The notes under the pieces were generated by a model that was not told where the DNA came from, did not search any database, and saw nothing but the letters and a program-made list of their open reading frames with translations. 64,000 nt of DNA, taken from contig JAYTSD010000028.1 in NCBI GenBank assembly GCA_043745805.1, forward strand, positions 44,399 through 108,398, given 5' to 3'. The position numbers were made by a program, and so were the translations under genes. This DNA comes from Fibrobacteria bacterium (GTDB taxonomy: Bacteria; Fibrobacterota; Fibrobacteria; UBA11236). Every line of letters starts with the position of its first letter. Positions within the stretch are counted from its first letter, which is position 1. Below are positions 17,706 to 26,922 of the stretch, piece by piece.

Positions 17706-19430
17706 ATGGCCAAAGCCGCAAACCGGAGTAATTTACGAAAGCAATTGCTGCGCATTCAGCGTGAGCATTATGAACGCAATGCCCGTTTGGTGAAACAAAG
17801 TTTAACACCTAATAAAGCCGTTTCAAAATATGGTCGAGAATATGCGCGTTACCTAAAAAATTACGAAGCGATAGCCTCTAAAGCGGAATTAATAAAAAAT
17901 GTTTTAGCGAGCGATATAGTGTATCACGGCGATTATCATCCATTGCGACATTCGCAAAGAGCTATTCTGGCTGTGCTCGAACAAATTGCCGATAAGCGAA
18001 AAATAATTTTGTGTTTAGAAATGTTTCATGCGACGGATCAAAATCGTTTGGATCAATATTTACGCGGTGAATTAGATGAAAAAACTTTTTTACAAAAAAT
18101 CGATTATGCGGGTAAATGGGCTTATAATTTTAATCCTTGGCGGCACATTTTAAATTTTTGTCGCGCTAATAATATTGCGGTATTGGGAATTAATCGGGCA
18201 GTGGAGAATGGAGAAGATTCTTTATTGCAACGCGATATTTTTTCCGCACAAATCATCGGTAAAGCTTGTATCGCGAATCCAGAGGCTTTAGTTTATGTGA
18301 TAGATGGCGATTATCATATTTCCCCTAATCATTTGCCCTTACAAGTGGAGTCGCGTGTAGCGCCCTTAGGAGTCACTTTAAAGCGCACTATCATTTATCA
18401 AAATGCCGAAAATCTTTTTTGGAAATTGGCGGAAGAAGGATTAGAAGAAGCTGATGTTTTGCAAATTCGCGCCGATGCTTTTTGTTTAATGAATACTATG
18501 CCGGCAAATAAATCCCAATCGTATTTGCATTGGTTAGAATATGCCGAAGAAGGTTATTATCCTGTTAAGGGGCATTGGGCAGAACTTTCCGGAGAAAATT
18601 ATTTTTTAGTTTTGCAAAGTTTAATTCAAGATTTGGATAGTATTTTTACTTTGAATTTTCCCATGTCCGCTTTGGATCGTCTAACGGTTTATTCCTCACG
18701 CAACCTAGACTTTATGGAAATTATTCAGGACACTCCTGAGTTACGTAAAAGTTTGCGTCAGGTAAAGTCAAAAATAAAATTAGACGAAGGTTTTTTACTG
18801 GATTATTTACGCGGCAAATCCCATTCCTATATTATTTATTTGCCTAATTCGAGTATTAATATGGCCGCCGAAGAAGCGACGCATTTTATCCATGCTGTAT
18901 TGCGTGGACCCAATAAAACCGTATCGGGCTTTGATTATTTTTATCGCAATCTTTTAACGGAAGCTCTGGGATTTTTCGGTTCCAAGCTTATTAATGAAAA
19001 GCGCAAAGCGCCTTCGGAAACGGCTTTGAAAGTGTGGTTGGGTCGTTTACGTAAAGGCGTAGATTTTATTTCCAAAAAAGAAGCGACGCGTTTTGAAAAT
19101 ACAGCTCGTTTGATGTTGCAACATTTTCATTTGGAGCGTCGCCAAGCAACGGAAATAGATTTCCGCAAAAAATTTATGGAAATCTATTCCGAAAAAAATC
19201 CGCAAGCACAAATTTTAAGTACGCAAATGGGTTATGCTTTAGGTAATAAACTTTATGAAGCGGTTAAAAAAGGACTCATTCCACTTAAAGAAATACGCCA
19301 ATTATTTTTTGAGAAAATGGATGTTTCAGGACATGCATTTACACGTTACCTAGAGTTTAATGAAAAATTGAAGCCTAAACGCTCATCCTCTAAAGAAAAC
19401 TTGCCCAGCTTACCCAAAAAAGCCGCTTAA
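17706..19430 (+). CDS. ChaN/EreA-like domain protein with long C-terminal extension
   Basis: DIVYHGDYH, LCLEMF, VLGIN and GDYHI motifs; C-terminal AAEEATHFIH. Probable start ATG 17706. Confidence 0.7.
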   Translation: MAKAANRSNLRKQLLRIQREHYERNARLVKQSLTPNKAVSKYGREYARYLKNYEAIASKAELIKNVLASDIVYHGDYHPLRHSQRAILAVLEQIADKRKIILCLEMFHATDQNRLDQYLRGELDEKTFLQKIDYAGKWAYNFNPWRHILNFCRANNIAVLGINRAVENGEDSLLQRDIFSAQIIGKACIANPEALVYVIDGDYHISPNHLPLQVESRVAPLGVTLKRTIIYQNAENLFWKLAEEGLEEADVLQIRADAFCLMNTMPANKSQSYLHWLEYAEEGYYPVKGHWAELSGENYFLVLQSLIQDLDSIFTLNFPMSALDRLTVYSSRNLDFMEIIQDTPELRKSLRQVKSKIKLDEGFLLDYLRGKSHSYIIYLPNSSINMAAEEATHFIHAVLRGPNKTVSGFDYFYRNLLTEALGFFGSKLINEKRKAPSETALKVWLGRLRKGVDFISKKEATRFENTARLMLQHFHLERRQATEIDFRKKFMEIYSEKNPQAQILSTQMGYALGNKLYEAVKKGLIPLKEIRQLFFEKMDVSGHAFTRYLEFNEKLKPKRSSSKENLPSLPKKAA

Positions 19431-19490
19431 ACTCGATTAATTCATAAGCCACGGGGACAAATTAATGAGTTCCCTTTTTACCTTTACAAT

Positions 19491-20252
19491 ATGTTGAAAA
19501 TTATGAGTTTCCTATTTTTGGTGATGACATTTTCCCTTTTTGCGGAAACAAAAAATTATATAGCGGTTTTTTCCGAACAACAAACTCTTTGGCCTGCATT
19601 GACCCATAAAAAAAATGCGTTGATGGAAGACTCTTTACAAATAGGAATAATGCCGCTACAAATTAAAGATTATCAAGAGAGTAAACCTTGCGATTCTTGC
19701 CATCGACTTTCTGCCAATGGATTAGAATTTTTTTTAGAAAATTATTGGTTAAACAAAATGCAAAGCTTATTGCCTAAATCACAAGTTCAGCTTATTGCCC
19801 CACAGAATTATTTATTACAAAGTAAGGCCGGATTTTCTCTCGATACATTATTAGACAGTTTAAATTTCCCAGTAGAAAAATGGTTTTATGGGTTTCAAGA
19901 AGATTTTATTTATCGCTCACATGATGCCATAACACCCATGCTATTGAAAGAAAAACTAAATCGCATAGGTGGTGCTTTAGGGTTAACGCATTTGTTACTC
20001 CCTTTTAAAGCGTGGGTACGAGTATATCCTTTGATTTCGGATGGCCATACCGGTGGATTGTCTTATGCCTATTTTGTTTTATTGTGGAATGTGCGCGAAG
20101 GACATTTGGAATGGGTATTTAAGGTTAATGAAAATATCTCTTTAATGGATTTGGATACGGATCTAACGAATCGAATGGATCAAAACGTTTTACCTTATTT
20201 TAAAAGTATTCCTAAAAAACTGGTGGATTTATGGTCACAAGAAGCGCATTAA
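19491..20252 (+). CDS. Exported hypothetical protein with one CxxCH motif
   Basis: Signal peptide; KPCDSCHRL. Confidence 0.7.
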   Translation: MLKIMSFLFLVMTFSLFAETKNYIAVFSEQQTLWPALTHKKNALMEDSLQIGIMPLQIKDYQESKPCDSCHRLSANGLEFFLENYWLNKMQSLLPKSQVQLIAPQNYLLQSKAGFSLDTLLDSLNFPVEKWFYGFQEDFIYRSHDAITPMLLKEKLNRIGGALGLTHLLLPFKAWVRVYPLISDGHTGGLSYAYFVLLWNVREGHLEWVFKVNENISLMDLDTDLTNRMDQNVLPYFKSIPKKLVDLWSQEAH

Positions 20253-21145
20253 TATTATTCCTAAGCTCCTGTTTATTTTGGAATTGCAGCAAAAAAAACG
20301 ATGAGACGAATTTATCAAATATCGATTCCTTGCAACCTGTTTTAGCCATCACTTCTGCTAATACCTATAGAGAATGGCCTTTACAGGACACCGCTAATCA
20401 TTTTCTATGGAAAAATATTTCCATAGAATCCGGCAAAAGTTTGCCAGCGACTTGGAATGCCTCATTTGATTCCATCCAAGGTATTTTCTTTGCAAAGGAG
20501 GATTCCATGGGTTTTGGAAATGTGCTACAAATCGCCGAGCATAAAGGATTGCCATTAATAAGTTTATTATATGAAGGCCATAGTCCAAGTTTAAAAAGTG
20601 TTATACAAAATGATTACAAATTGGCCGGACAAATGGCAGCGGAATATTTAAGTAAGCATTTACCTAGTGAAGGTAAAATTGCGATTCTAAGGCATTCCCC
20701 CCATGATTTGCAAGCGGGTGAATCGGAAAAAGGGTTTTGGGAAGCAGGGCAAAAAATAATTTCGCATTTAGAAATTCTTCCTGAACTCATTTATGCGGGT
20801 GATTCCGTAAATACCGCCTTTCATGCTGCGGAGAATTTGTTTTTGCGTAACCCCGATGTTTCGGTAATTTTTAGCTCAACGGCAATAGGAACACAAGGTT
20901 TATTAAAAGCCTTGCATGATATTGATAAAGCTGGAAAAGTTTTGGTGCTCAGTGTGGAAGGAAATGCTGCGGTGTATGAAGCTGTAAATGCCGGCGAAGT
21001 ACACGGTTTATGGGAAGCGGATTATGCAATGCTGATTACTAAAGGACAGCAAGCTTTAAGTAATACCTTATTTGGTAATACTCCACCCAGAACTATTATG
21101 ATTCCCATGAAATTTATGGAATCACAAGTAAAAGCTGGAAATTAA
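20231..21145 (+). CDS. Lipoprotein of the periplasmic-binding-protein type I (sugar-binding-like) fold
   Basis: Lipobox-like FWNC; DYKLAGQMAAEYL, GKIAIL and AENLFLRNPDVSVIF motifs. Confidence 0.75.
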   Translation: MVTRSALILFLSSCLFWNCSKKNDETNLSNIDSLQPVLAITSANTYREWPLQDTANHFLWKNISIESGKSLPATWNASFDSIQGIFFAKEDSMGFGNVLQIAEHKGLPLISLLYEGHSPSLKSVIQNDYKLAGQMAAEYLSKHLPSEGKIAILRHSPHDLQAGESEKGFWEAGQKIISHLEILPELIYAGDSVNTAFHAAENLFLRNPDVSVIFSSTAIGTQGLLKALHDIDKAGKVLVLSVEGNAAVYEAVNAGEVHGLWEADYAMLITKGQQALSNTLFGNTPPRTIMIPMKFMESQVKAGN

Positions 21146-21153
21146 TGAAGCTT

Positions 21154-23043
21154 TTATTCCAAGGATTTTAAATAATTTCTCCATCCCCCAAAGTGAGTTA
21201 GATTTTCTCGACCTGCGATGGCATAAGGTTCACAAATAAAACCTTTAATCCACTCACGAGATTTCAATTCAATATTTCCTAGCCCTAAGGGTGGACGAAT
21301 GAGAGTTAAAAAATTTCCGGCCGCTTCAGCATTTAAGCTCCATATTTCTAAAGCAATGGAGGAACCGTAATTATTTACGCGTATTAAGCCCGGCAACAGC
21401 CCCTTAAGGCCTTGCACAGCATACATAGTATAATTTGCGGAGGTCAAATCTTCGCGGACAAATTCAGCGTTTAAATCAGTAAGCTGATTATTTAAAGCAA
21501 GGCCACGTAAATGTAAACCAAAAACCGCAATGAGAATTTTTTCATCGGGTTTTTCCGGTTTAGCAAATGGGTAGATGGGGTAGGTGGATTTGTTGGATTT
21601 ATCATTAATGGGTAGAAAATTATATCCCCAAGGCAAATTTGCTTTTGCATGTAATGATTCTGCTAACTTTAACAATAAGCTTTCATGTAAAGCTGGAGCT
21701 AATAAAGTAAGGCCAAAGGGTAAGCCTTTAGCGTCAAAAGCTTGTGGTACAGTGATTCCGCATAAATCGAGTAGATTTACAAAGTTGGTATATATACCCA
21801 AATTAGAATTCAACTTTATTGGACTCGCTTCAATTTCTGCAATAGTATAGATGGTTCCTGTTGTAGGGAATAATATTACATCCAAATTTTTAAAAAGCTG
21901 TGCGCATTCTTTGCGTAATGCTTGCATGCGATACATACCTTGAAATGTATCTGAGGCAGAAAAATGTTTTCCATTTTCAATAATATTTAAAGTTACGGGT
22001 AATATTGAGTTTGCATGATCCTTTATAAATGATTTTAAACCTGTATAACGTTCGGCTACCCAAGGGCCATCATATAATAATTTCCCAGCCTCTTTAAAAA
22101 GAGTAAAGGGAATAGAGATGAGTTCACAGTCAATAAGCGATAAATTTTTCGAGGCATTTTGATAAAGGCGAGCATAATCGCTATTGTCAAAAAAATCTAA
22201 ATCTTCATTTTGAATAATGCCTATGCGTATTTTTGCGGAGGACTTTATTTCCGTTGTTTGAATTTCCGCTATTAAGTGTTGCCATTCTTTAACAGGTTTT
22301 TGCCAAGGATCTTTTACATCTTCTTTTAAACATTGTTGCAGTATAAAATTTGCATCTAAAGAATTTAAAGTAAATATGCTGACACAATCTAAGGACTGAC
22401 AAGCTGGAACCACTCCGCGTACGCTTAATAATCCTCGACTAGGTTTAAGTCCAATGATATTTCCAAAAGCGGCGGGAACCCTTCCGGAGCCTGCTGTATC
22501 GGTTCCTAGAGAAAATGCAACTAAGCCCGCGGTAACAGCAACTGCCGATCCTGAACTTGACCCACCGGATATATAAGCAGGATTAAAAATATTTTTCACT
22601 ACTCCATAAGGAGAACGCGTTCCTACCAAGCCGGTGGCAAATTGATCTAAATTAGTTTTACCAATAAAAAGTGCACCCGCATTTAATAAGCATTCCACCA
22701 CAAAAGCATTTTCGCTTGGGGTATAGGAATAATCCGAGCAAGCCGCCGTGGTGGGAAATCCGGCTACATCGATATTATCCTTAACGGCAAAGGGAATGCC
22801 GTATAAAGGAAGTTGAGTATAATCGCCATTCACATTTTCTAAACGTTTTTTTAAAGCGGTAGTTTGTGATTTTAATTCGGAGTCATTCAGTAAATAGATC
22901 CAAATAGCATTGTCTTTATAGGCTTTATTGCGCTCTAGAATTATGGGTACCAACTGTTCAGGAGTCAATAGGCCTTGAACATAGAGCTGTTGTAGAGTGC
23001 TTATATCTAAAGCCCCTTTTTCTCGATTCCAATTCATTTGCAT
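21154..23043 (-). CDS. atzF: Allophanate hydrolase
   Basis: Amidase signature KDNID, GKTNLDQFATGLVGTRSPYG, GGSSSGS and GTDTAGSGRVPA, plus the AtzF C-domain (GLHLRGLALN...GGWRNY). Confidence 0.95.
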   Translation of the reverse strand: MQMNWNREKGALDISTLQQLYVQGLLTPEQLVPIILERNKAYKDNAIWIYLLNDSELKSQTTALKKRLENVNGDYTQLPLYGIPFAVKDNIDVAGFPTTAACSDYSYTPSENAFVVECLLNAGALFIGKTNLDQFATGLVGTRSPYGVVKNIFNPAYISGGSSSGSAVAVTAGLVAFSLGTDTAGSGRVPAAFGNIIGLKPSRGLLSVRGVVPACQSLDCVSIFTLNSLDANFILQQCLKEDVKDPWQKPVKEWQHLIAEIQTTEIKSSAKIRIGIIQNEDLDFFDNSDYARLYQNASKNLSLIDCELISIPFTLFKEAGKLLYDGPWVAERYTGLKSFIKDHANSILPVTLNIIENGKHFSASDTFQGMYRMQALRKECAQLFKNLDVILFPTTGTIYTIAEIEASPIKLNSNLGIYTNFVNLLDLCGITVPQAFDAKGLPFGLTLLAPALHESLLLKLAESLHAKANLPWGYNFLPINDKSNKSTYPIYPFAKPEKPDEKILIAVFGLHLRGLALNNQLTDLNAEFVREDLTSANYTMYAVQGLKGLLPGLIRVNNYGSSIALEIWSLNAEAAGNFLTLIRPPLGLGNIELKSREWIKGFICEPYAIAGRENLTHFGGWRNYLKSLE

Positions 23044-23081
23044 TCCTGCCTAATTCCAAAATGTTTATCACTCATAAAGAA

Positions 23082-23098
23082 AGCAAATTTCTGACCAA
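23082..23098 (-). promoter_or_regulatory. sigma54 promoter for atzF
   Basis: Minus strand TTGG-TCAGAAATTT-GCT (GG-N10-GC), about 40 nt upstream of the start codon. Confidence 0.65.
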
Positions 23099-23113
23099 AC
23101 CCAAAGGCGTAAA

Positions 23114-23131
23114 ATCCCCCTTTTGGGGGAT
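23114..23131. promoter_or_regulatory. Palindromic operator candidate
   Basis: ATCCCCC-TTTT-GGGGGAT, followed by a further AGGGGAT half-site. Confidence 0.5.
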
Positions 23132-23287
23132 AGGGGATAAACATGGAAATAGCGATTATTTCATATGTGAAATGGACTGAAGTGATGGGGGCAAGGCTCC
23201 TTACGATTCATTTCGCTTTAGTATTTTACTTTTTGTATGCGTAGCATGCCGCCTTTCATCCGTATTTTGGTTGCGAATAATTATTGG

Positions 23288-23345
23288 GTAACATATATGT
23301 TAACATGGTTATTTGTGGATTAATTATGCGTAACATAAATGTTAC
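23288..23345. promoter_or_regulatory. Two palindromic sites TAACA-N4-TGTTA; candidate enhancer (UAS) for a sigma54 activator
   Basis: GTAACATATATGTTAA (23288-23303) and GTAACATAAATGTTAC (23330-23345), 42 bp apart. Confidence 0.6.
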
Positions 23346-23455
23346 AATAGGAAAATTCTGGCAAATATTGTCTAACAAAAAATTACAGTTATTGAAATAA
23401 ATGCGGAAAATATTTTTCTAAAGGTTAAATAGCAATAATATCACAACAATAATCT

Positions 23456-23472
23456 TTGGCATATTATTCGCG
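23456..23472 (+). promoter_or_regulatory. sigma54 promoter for the uptake/biuH operon
   Basis: TTGG-CATATTATTC-GCG (GG-N10-GC), about 50 nt upstream of ATG 23521. Confidence 0.6.
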
Positions 23473-23520
23473 TGGCTACTTAGGGTAGGAATTAAACTTC
23501 ACTCTCAAAAAGGGGTAACC

Positions 23521-24273
23521 ATGAAATACTTTAAAACAAACACCTTACTTATGCTTATGGCAGTTGGATTTTTTTTACAACCTGCATACTCCGCTATTTG
23601 GAGCAGTACCAATGTGGAATATTTATATGGATGGAATTGGAATAAAGACATGGGGAAAGAAGAGAAGGCTGTAATTACTATTGAGCATGCCAGCGGATTT
23701 AAATACGGGGATAACTTTTTCTTTGTCGATATAACGCATCCCCTAGGAGATACTGCCAATCACGAAGAAGTGTATGGGCAATGGGATCCGCGTTTTAGCT
23801 TAGGAAAAATTTCTGGTTCCAGTTTAGCATTTGGACCCATAGGTGACGTATTAGTTACTGGCGAATTAGGCTACGGTGCTAATCCATTGGGCTTTTATCA
23901 AAGGGAATATAATTATGGTATCGGCCTTGATATCAAGGCTCCTTGGTTCGCTTATTTGGCAATTAATTTTTGGGTTCATGATACTCCTTATAATGATGGC
24001 ATGACTTTCCAAATCAGTCCGTATTGGGGTTTGCCATTTAAGATTAGTAATGTCGGATTTATGTTCGAAGGATTTTTGGACTTCATAGGTGATGAAGGAA
24101 AAACCGCACCATCAATGATCACGCAGCCTCGCTTACTTTTGGATTTAGGTAGTCTTTGGAAAGCGGAAGGAAATTTATTCGTCGGAACTGAAGTGGATTT
24201 TTGGTGGAATGAATTTGGCTTCCGCCATAAACATGAAGCTGTTCCACAGTTAATGGTCAAATGGGTGTTTTAA
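23521..24273 (+). CDS. Tsx/OmpK-like outer-membrane channel
   Basis: Signal; WSSTNVEYLYG...TIEHASGFKYGDNFFFVD; FEGFLDF; terminal Phe. Confidence 0.8.
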   Translation: MKYFKTNTLLMLMAVGFFLQPAYSAIWSSTNVEYLYGWNWNKDMGKEEKAVITIEHASGFKYGDNFFFVDITHPLGDTANHEEVYGQWDPRFSLGKISGSSLAFGPIGDVLVTGELGYGANPLGFYQREYNYGIGLDIKAPWFAYLAINFWVHDTPYNDGMTFQISPYWGLPFKISNVGFMFEGFLDFIGDEGKTAPSMITQPRLLLDLGSLWKAEGNLFVGTEVDFWWNEFGFRHKHEAVPQLMVKWVF

Positions 24274-24323
24274 TTCTTAACGATAAATAAAAGAATTAAA
24301 AAAAATTAATCAGAGATTCTCCT

Positions 24324-25844
24324 GTGCATGTGAAATTAAAAGGTATCACTAAACAATTCGGGTCCATGTTGGCTAATGACAATGTGGACTTGGAAATTTT
24401 GCCCGGTGAAGTGCTTGCCTTATTAGGCGAAAATGGTGCAGGCAAAAGCACCTTGATGAAAATGCTTTATGGTTTTTATTCCGTAACCTCGGGTGAGATT
24501 TTTGTAGACGGAAAGTTAATGCAAATGGATTCTCCTAAAACCGCTATGGCAGTGGGTATAGGCATGGTCTTTCAGCAGTTTAGTTTAGTTCCCGCTTTAA
24601 GCGTAAAAGAAAATCTCATGCTAGCTTATCCTAAAGCGCCTTGGTGGCAGCCTCGCAAATCAAAAATTTGGGAAAATGTTTTAAAAAATTTACAAAGGCT
24701 TGCGCCGGATATTTCGCCAAATGCTTTAGTACGTGATTTAGCAGTAGGTGAGAAGCAATTATTGGAATTGGTAAAAGTATTAAATCTCAATGCGCAATTA
24801 GTCATCTTGGATGAACCTTCTTCCGTGCTTACTCCCATGGAAGTGCAAAGATTATGGGCTATGGTTAAACAATTAGTTTCACAAGGGCATAGCGTAGTAT
24901 TTATTACCCATAAGTTTGAAGATGTTACTGCTTGCGCGGATAGGGTAGCCGTCATGCGACGGGGTAAATTGATGCAAACTTGCCTTGCAAAAGGTAAAAG
25001 TATTCAAGATTTAGTGCAATTGATGATGGGTGAAGAAACCCTTAAGCATGCGCAAGCTGTACAAGCTCCCGAAAAAACTACGCCCCAAGTTTGGGTTAAA
25101 AATATATCCGCAGAGTTTGGAACTATGTCCATTCATCAAATTGAATTGGAAGTGGCGGCGGGAGAAATACTCGGCATAGCTGGGGTAACCGGAAATGGAC
25201 AATTTGTTTTAGCCGAAGCACTGGCAGGTGTTTTACCCCTTACCGAAGGGGAAATTATTTTGGAAGGCGAAATAGTAAGTCGTCTGGATGGGCATGCTAC
25301 CGGGAATGATAAAATCTCCTATATCCCGGAACAACCCTTTTATAATGGCATAGCTGGCGAATTGGATTTGGTGGTGAATTTATTTTTGAAAAAAATTCGT
25401 TCTATGCCTTGGATTCCAAAATGGAAACAATATAAAACCAAAGCCATTGAATTAATTAATCAATATGATGTACGTCCGCCTGAGCCGAGTAAATTGGCCG
25501 AAGAATTATCCGGTGGCAATGTGCAAAAATTAGTGATAGCGCGTGAATTATCGGAATCTCCTAAATTTATCATTGCTTGTTACCCTACCATGGGGTTAGA
25601 TATTTCCGCCACTAGCGCGGTTTATGATAGGCTATTTCGGCATGCTGAAAAGGGCGCGAGCATTATTTGGATATCCGAAGATTTAGAACATCTTTTACAA
25701 TATTCGCATCGTATTGCCGTGCTTGCCCATGGACGCATAGCTGGCATAGTAAAAACTACTGAAGCCACACGGCAACAAGTAGGGTTATGGATGACGGGTT
25801 CGATTCCTTCGGAAGAAAAACCCTTAGCGGAAGCTCTAGTCTAG
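24324..25844 (+). CDS. ABC importer ATPase (tandem NBD, BMP/nucleoside type)
   Basis: GENGAGKST, LDEP, ITHK and LSGGNVQK motifs. Confidence 0.93.
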   Translation: MHVKLKGITKQFGSMLANDNVDLEILPGEVLALLGENGAGKSTLMKMLYGFYSVTSGEIFVDGKLMQMDSPKTAMAVGIGMVFQQFSLVPALSVKENLMLAYPKAPWWQPRKSKIWENVLKNLQRLAPDISPNALVRDLAVGEKQLLELVKVLNLNAQLVILDEPSSVLTPMEVQRLWAMVKQLVSQGHSVVFITHKFEDVTACADRVAVMRRGKLMQTCLAKGKSIQDLVQLMMGEETLKHAQAVQAPEKTTPQVWVKNISAEFGTMSIHQIELEVAAGEILGIAGVTGNGQFVLAEALAGVLPLTEGEIILEGEIVSRLDGHATGNDKISYIPEQPFYNGIAGELDLVVNLFLKKIRSMPWIPKWKQYKTKAIELINQYDVRPPEPSKLAEELSGGNVQKLVIARELSESPKFIIACYPTMGLDISATSAVYDRLFRHAEKGASIIWISEDLEHLLQYSHRIAVLAHGRIAGIVKTTEATRQQVGLWMTGSIPSEEKPLAEALV

Positions 25845-25846
25845 GA

Positions 25847-26920
25847 ATGAATATGCTAGTCGTCGCTCAATCCGCCAATATTCCTAAAAAAATATTGGAT
25901 AAAAAAAATCTCTACTCCGGTCCGGGTACCGTGGTACTTTGTGCTTTGGCTTTTGTTTTTTTCAGCAGTATTTTTTTCTTTTGCATTGGACATCAACCAT
26001 TTGGATTGCTTTGGGCTATGCTCAAAGGAGCTTTTGGGGATGGTTATTCAATTTCCGAAACCTTAGTTAAAACCGCTCCCATTTTATTATGTGCTTTAGC
26101 GACGGCCATTCCCGCACGCTTAGGTTTAATTTCGGTAGGAGCAGAAGGACAACTTTATATTGGCGCCTTATTTGGATCCGGCTTGGTATTGCATATGATG
26201 AATGCTTCCAAAGCGACCATGTTACCTGCTATGCTATTGGTAGCGGGAGTAGGAGGTGCTTTATGGGCATTAATACCGGCTTTATTAAAAGCCAAACTTC
26301 GCGTCAATGAAACCATTAGCACTTTATTATTGAATTATGTGGCTTCGCTTTGCGTCGACTATTTGGTTTATGGTCCTTGGAAAGATCCAAATAATTTAGG
26401 TTGGCCCGCCACTGTTTATTTTCCCGATGCGGCGAAGTTACCTACTTATTTTGGGACGCGTATGCATTTTGGTTTATTCATCGGCATTGCGGCCACCTTG
26501 CTTTTTCATTGGTTGGTTACGGCGACTCGCTGGGGAATTTCCTTAAGGGTAATGAAAAGTAATCAGCATGTTGCGGAGGGCGCAGGCTTACGCTATATAC
26601 CCAATGTGCTTTTAGTCATGGCCTTGGGTGGAATGTTGGCTGGATTTGCGGGCATAGCTGAAACATCCGTGATACAAGGTCGTTTACAATCGGGTATATC
26701 CAATGGCTTAGGCTTTAGCGGATTTTTGGTGGCTTGGTTAGCCGGAAAAAGCTTATTGCGTTTAATCCCTTTATCCATTATGTTAGGAGGCTTATTAGCA
26801 TCCGGCGATGCCCTACAATTAATCGCAGATTTGCCTTCATCCATTGCCTTGGTATTACAGGGCTTACTGTTTGCCAGTGCTCTTTTAGTAATGGGTTGGG
26901 TTAGAAAGCAAAAGGCATAA
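25847..26920 (+). CDS. ABC importer permease 1
   Basis: SVGAEGQ and VNETISTLLLNY motifs; multiple TMs; probable start 25847 or 25853. Confidence 0.9.
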   Translation: MNMLVVAQSANIPKKILDKKNLYSGPGTVVLCALAFVFFSSIFFFCIGHQPFGLLWAMLKGAFGDGYSISETLVKTAPILLCALATAIPARLGLISVGAEGQLYIGALFGSGLVLHMMNASKATMLPAMLLVAGVGGALWALIPALLKAKLRVNETISTLLLNYVASLCVDYLVYGPWKDPNNLGWPATVYFPDAAKLPTYFGTRMHFGLFIGIAATLLFHWLVTATRWGISLRVMKSNQHVAEGAGLRYIPNVLLVMALGGMLAGFAGIAETSVIQGRLQSGISNGLGFSGFLVAWLAGKSLLRLIPLSIMLGGLLASGDALQLIADLPSSIALVLQGLLFASALLVMGWVRKQKA

Positions 26921-26922
26921 AT

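Noticed and set aside
23044-23520. Guanidine or purine riboswitch ahead of the importer
   Set aside because: No recognisable ykkC, mini-ykkC (paired ACG loops) or purine aptamer motif; the sigma54 promoter leaves only a short leader.
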